NCBI GenBank assembly: GCA_040754455.1
Contig: JBFMCP010000031.1
Span: forward strand, 1-39,144
DNA length: 39,144 nt
Direction of reading: 5' to 3'
From: Nitrospirota bacterium
Lineage (GTDB): Bacteria; Nitrospirota; Thermodesulfovibrionia; Thermodesulfovibrionales; Dissulfurispiraceae
In this document: positions 37,692 through 39,144 of the stretch, piece after piece
Layout of the letters: each line of letters begins with the position of its first letter
Position numbering within the stretch: position 1 is the first letter of the stretch
Notes under the pieces: generated by a model
Told to the model about the DNA's origin: nothing
The model's database searches: none
Seen by the model: only the letters and a program-made list of their open reading frames with translations
Made by a program: the position numbers and the translations under genes

Positions 37692-37742
37692 GTAAGTACT
37701 TACTAACACAGTAGCTTATGAAAAAACAGCAGGCTTTGTCAA
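37692..37742 (-). promoter_or_regulatory. tetR operon promoter and operator
   Basis: Minus strand TTGACA (37742-37737), N18, TAAGCT; palindrome GTAAGTACTTAC at 37692-37703. Confidence 0.7.
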
Positions 37743-37798
37743 TAATGCCTACGGCAGAATGCGATAGGCAGGCAACCGCGAGCCGTCCTTTGATGTAC

Positions 37799-38473
37799 CT
37801 ACTCGCTCCGTATGCAGATCCTCTTTACAAAATCGAGGGATGAGAGCTCGTCGAGGATCGCCTTGAGCGAGCCGGTCTTATAGAATGCTATGGTGACGTG
37901 AAAAGTGGTCTCTCCGCTGCCTTTGCAGCGTTCGTAGTCGATGTTCTGGATAGTGGAGTCGAATTTCTTGATGACTGCAGTGATCTTTTCTTCACTTGCA
38001 CCATCCTCGGCTCCGATGGTGAGAAACTTAAACCGCTGCTTCGGCATCTGCCGCTCCACAATTCTCAGCAGCAGGAGGGCAACCAGGGTAATAATAAAGG
38101 TGACGAAGCTTGCAAAATAGAGGCCACTGCCTATGGCGAGGCCGATTGCTGCAACCACCCAGATGCAGGCAGCAGTAGTGAGCCCCTGAATAGTGAAACC
38201 AGTCTTAAGGATAACGCCGGCGCCAAGAAAGCCCACACCGGTAATCGCTCCGGCAGCAATCCTGCCCGGATCGGCACGCACGTAGCCTGGATCGACCGCA
38301 CCACGACTATGGTAGTATTCGGAAACGATCATCAGCAGCACACAAGCAACGCAGACGAGGAGCTGCGTCCTGAACCCTGCAGGTCTGCCGTGTACCTGCC
38401 GCTCAAAACCGATAATCCCCCCGAGCAGCGTGCCGAGGAGGAGACGAATGACGATTTCGTTTTGCGGAATCAT
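37799..38473 (-). CDS. mgtC: MgtC/SapB family protein
   Basis: IGFERQ...PAGFRT, DPGRIAAG...GVGFLGAG, GLTTAA. Confidence 0.92.
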   Translation of the reverse strand: MIPQNEIVIRLLLGTLLGGIIGFERQVHGRPAGFRTQLLVCVACVLLMIVSEYYHSRGAVDPGYVRADPGRIAAGAITGVGFLGAGVILKTGFTIQGLTTAACIWVVAAIGLAIGSGLYFASFVTFIITLVALLLLRIVERQMPKQRFKFLTIGAEDGASEEKITAVIKKFDSTIQNIDYERCKGSGETTFHVTIAFYKTGSLKAILDELSSLDFVKRICIRSE

Positions 38474-38630
38474 GGTGTATCCTACTCTGCCCCTTTTTGT
38501 TGGAATTTCAGCGACTTTTTATTATATCTTTTCATTTTACCTTTTAAAAAATTCTATTACCGAGCTAAAGGCCGTCGGCTAAAGATGGTTGCGTTCCGGG
38601 TTCGTAATCAATTATTATTAAGGGTTATAT

Positions 38631-38728
38631 GGGAGTGCATAGGGTTCTGGTGTCCCTCCTGGACTTCAAATCCAGTGTTGCCGGCCACAATCCGGCAGGG
38701 TGGGTTCGATTCCCACACGCTCCCGCCA
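38631..38728 (+). tRNA. selC: tRNA-Sec (anticodon TCA)
   Basis: CTGGA-CTTCAAA-TCCAG anticodon arm, long variable arm TGCCGG/CCGGCA, GTGGG-TTCGATT-CCCAC, 8-position acceptor stem, GCCA end. Confidence 0.95.
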
Positions 38729-38969
38729 AGTTTTCATTTAAAATCATAGCCTTTTTGCCTCTCAAACCAACTCGAAAGCGCCACCACGCCGCCACCAATA
38801 AGCGATACTTGTAAAATTTCCTCTTGACAGTAATCATCTCTTATGAACCTATCCCCGCCCATAGGACAAAATAGTTAGAAGAGGATCAGGTCTCACCGCC
38901 TCGGACATTAAGAAACATAAAATTACTCCCGTCATAGATTAAATATCCGGATGCGCAGGAGTCAAGCAA

Positions 38970-39144
38970 TTAATTTTGGAGTTTGAGAACCTGATAGTAT
39001 GGGCCATAATGGTAAGTCTGAACTGCAGAAAAGCCGTTACTGGTGAAATATTCAAACCAAAGGACCGCTGGTGCCGCTTCATTAAGCGGCGTTCTTGCAT
39101 CGCCCTTCTTGTAAACCTTCCACAACTCAAAATCGTCCAGCTTT
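38970..39144 (-). CDS. C-terminal part of a hypothetical protein running off the window
   Basis: Frame open from the window end: KLDDFELWKVY...YYQVLKLQN*. Confidence 0.45.
   Translation of the reverse strand, partial: KLDDFELWKVYKKGDARTPLNEAAPAVLWFEYFTSNGFSAVQTYHYGPYYQVLKLQN

Noticed and set aside
38939..39130. 63-aa minus-strand ORF from the track
   Set aside because: The overlapping frame open to the window end (stop at 38970) looks more protein-like.
1..39144. CRISPR array
   Set aside because: No constant repeat with unique spacers and no cas genes; the repeats present are short-period and degenerate.

Overview
Bacterial window dominated by envelope and metal-efflux functions; gene style and intergenic repeats suggest an anaerobe such as Nitrospirota or Desulfobacterota (unverified). 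From left to right: (1) the 3' end of an IS3-family element interrupting an MFS gene, a HAD protein, an OmpR-type two-component system and small exported proteins; (2) a czcI-like gene, czcCBA (czcA frameshifted) and a PII-like gene; (3) remnants of a cation-efflux gene and of chrA flanking a TauE exporter; (4) an ECF sigma / ZAS anti-sigma / periplasmic sensor module leading a TolC-MacA-MacB-type operon; (5) a sigma54-driven Cys-rich orphan; (6) lemA, a TPM protein and a nucleotidyltransferase-like gene; (7) a NifB/NifX-DUF302-BART transporter-DUF1104 operon with a perfect 22-bp operator and an adjacent DUF134 regulator; (8) a PagL-like gene and a TetR-led operon with two tripartite pumps; (9) mgtC and tRNA-Sec. 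The best candidates for new biology are a dispersed family of heptamer-built palindromic elements, two of which appear to encode signal peptides, the DUF134 operator and regulon, and the sigma54 Cys-rich gene with a uORF and hairpin-split ribosome-binding site. All family calls come from motif recognition by eye; no database search was run.
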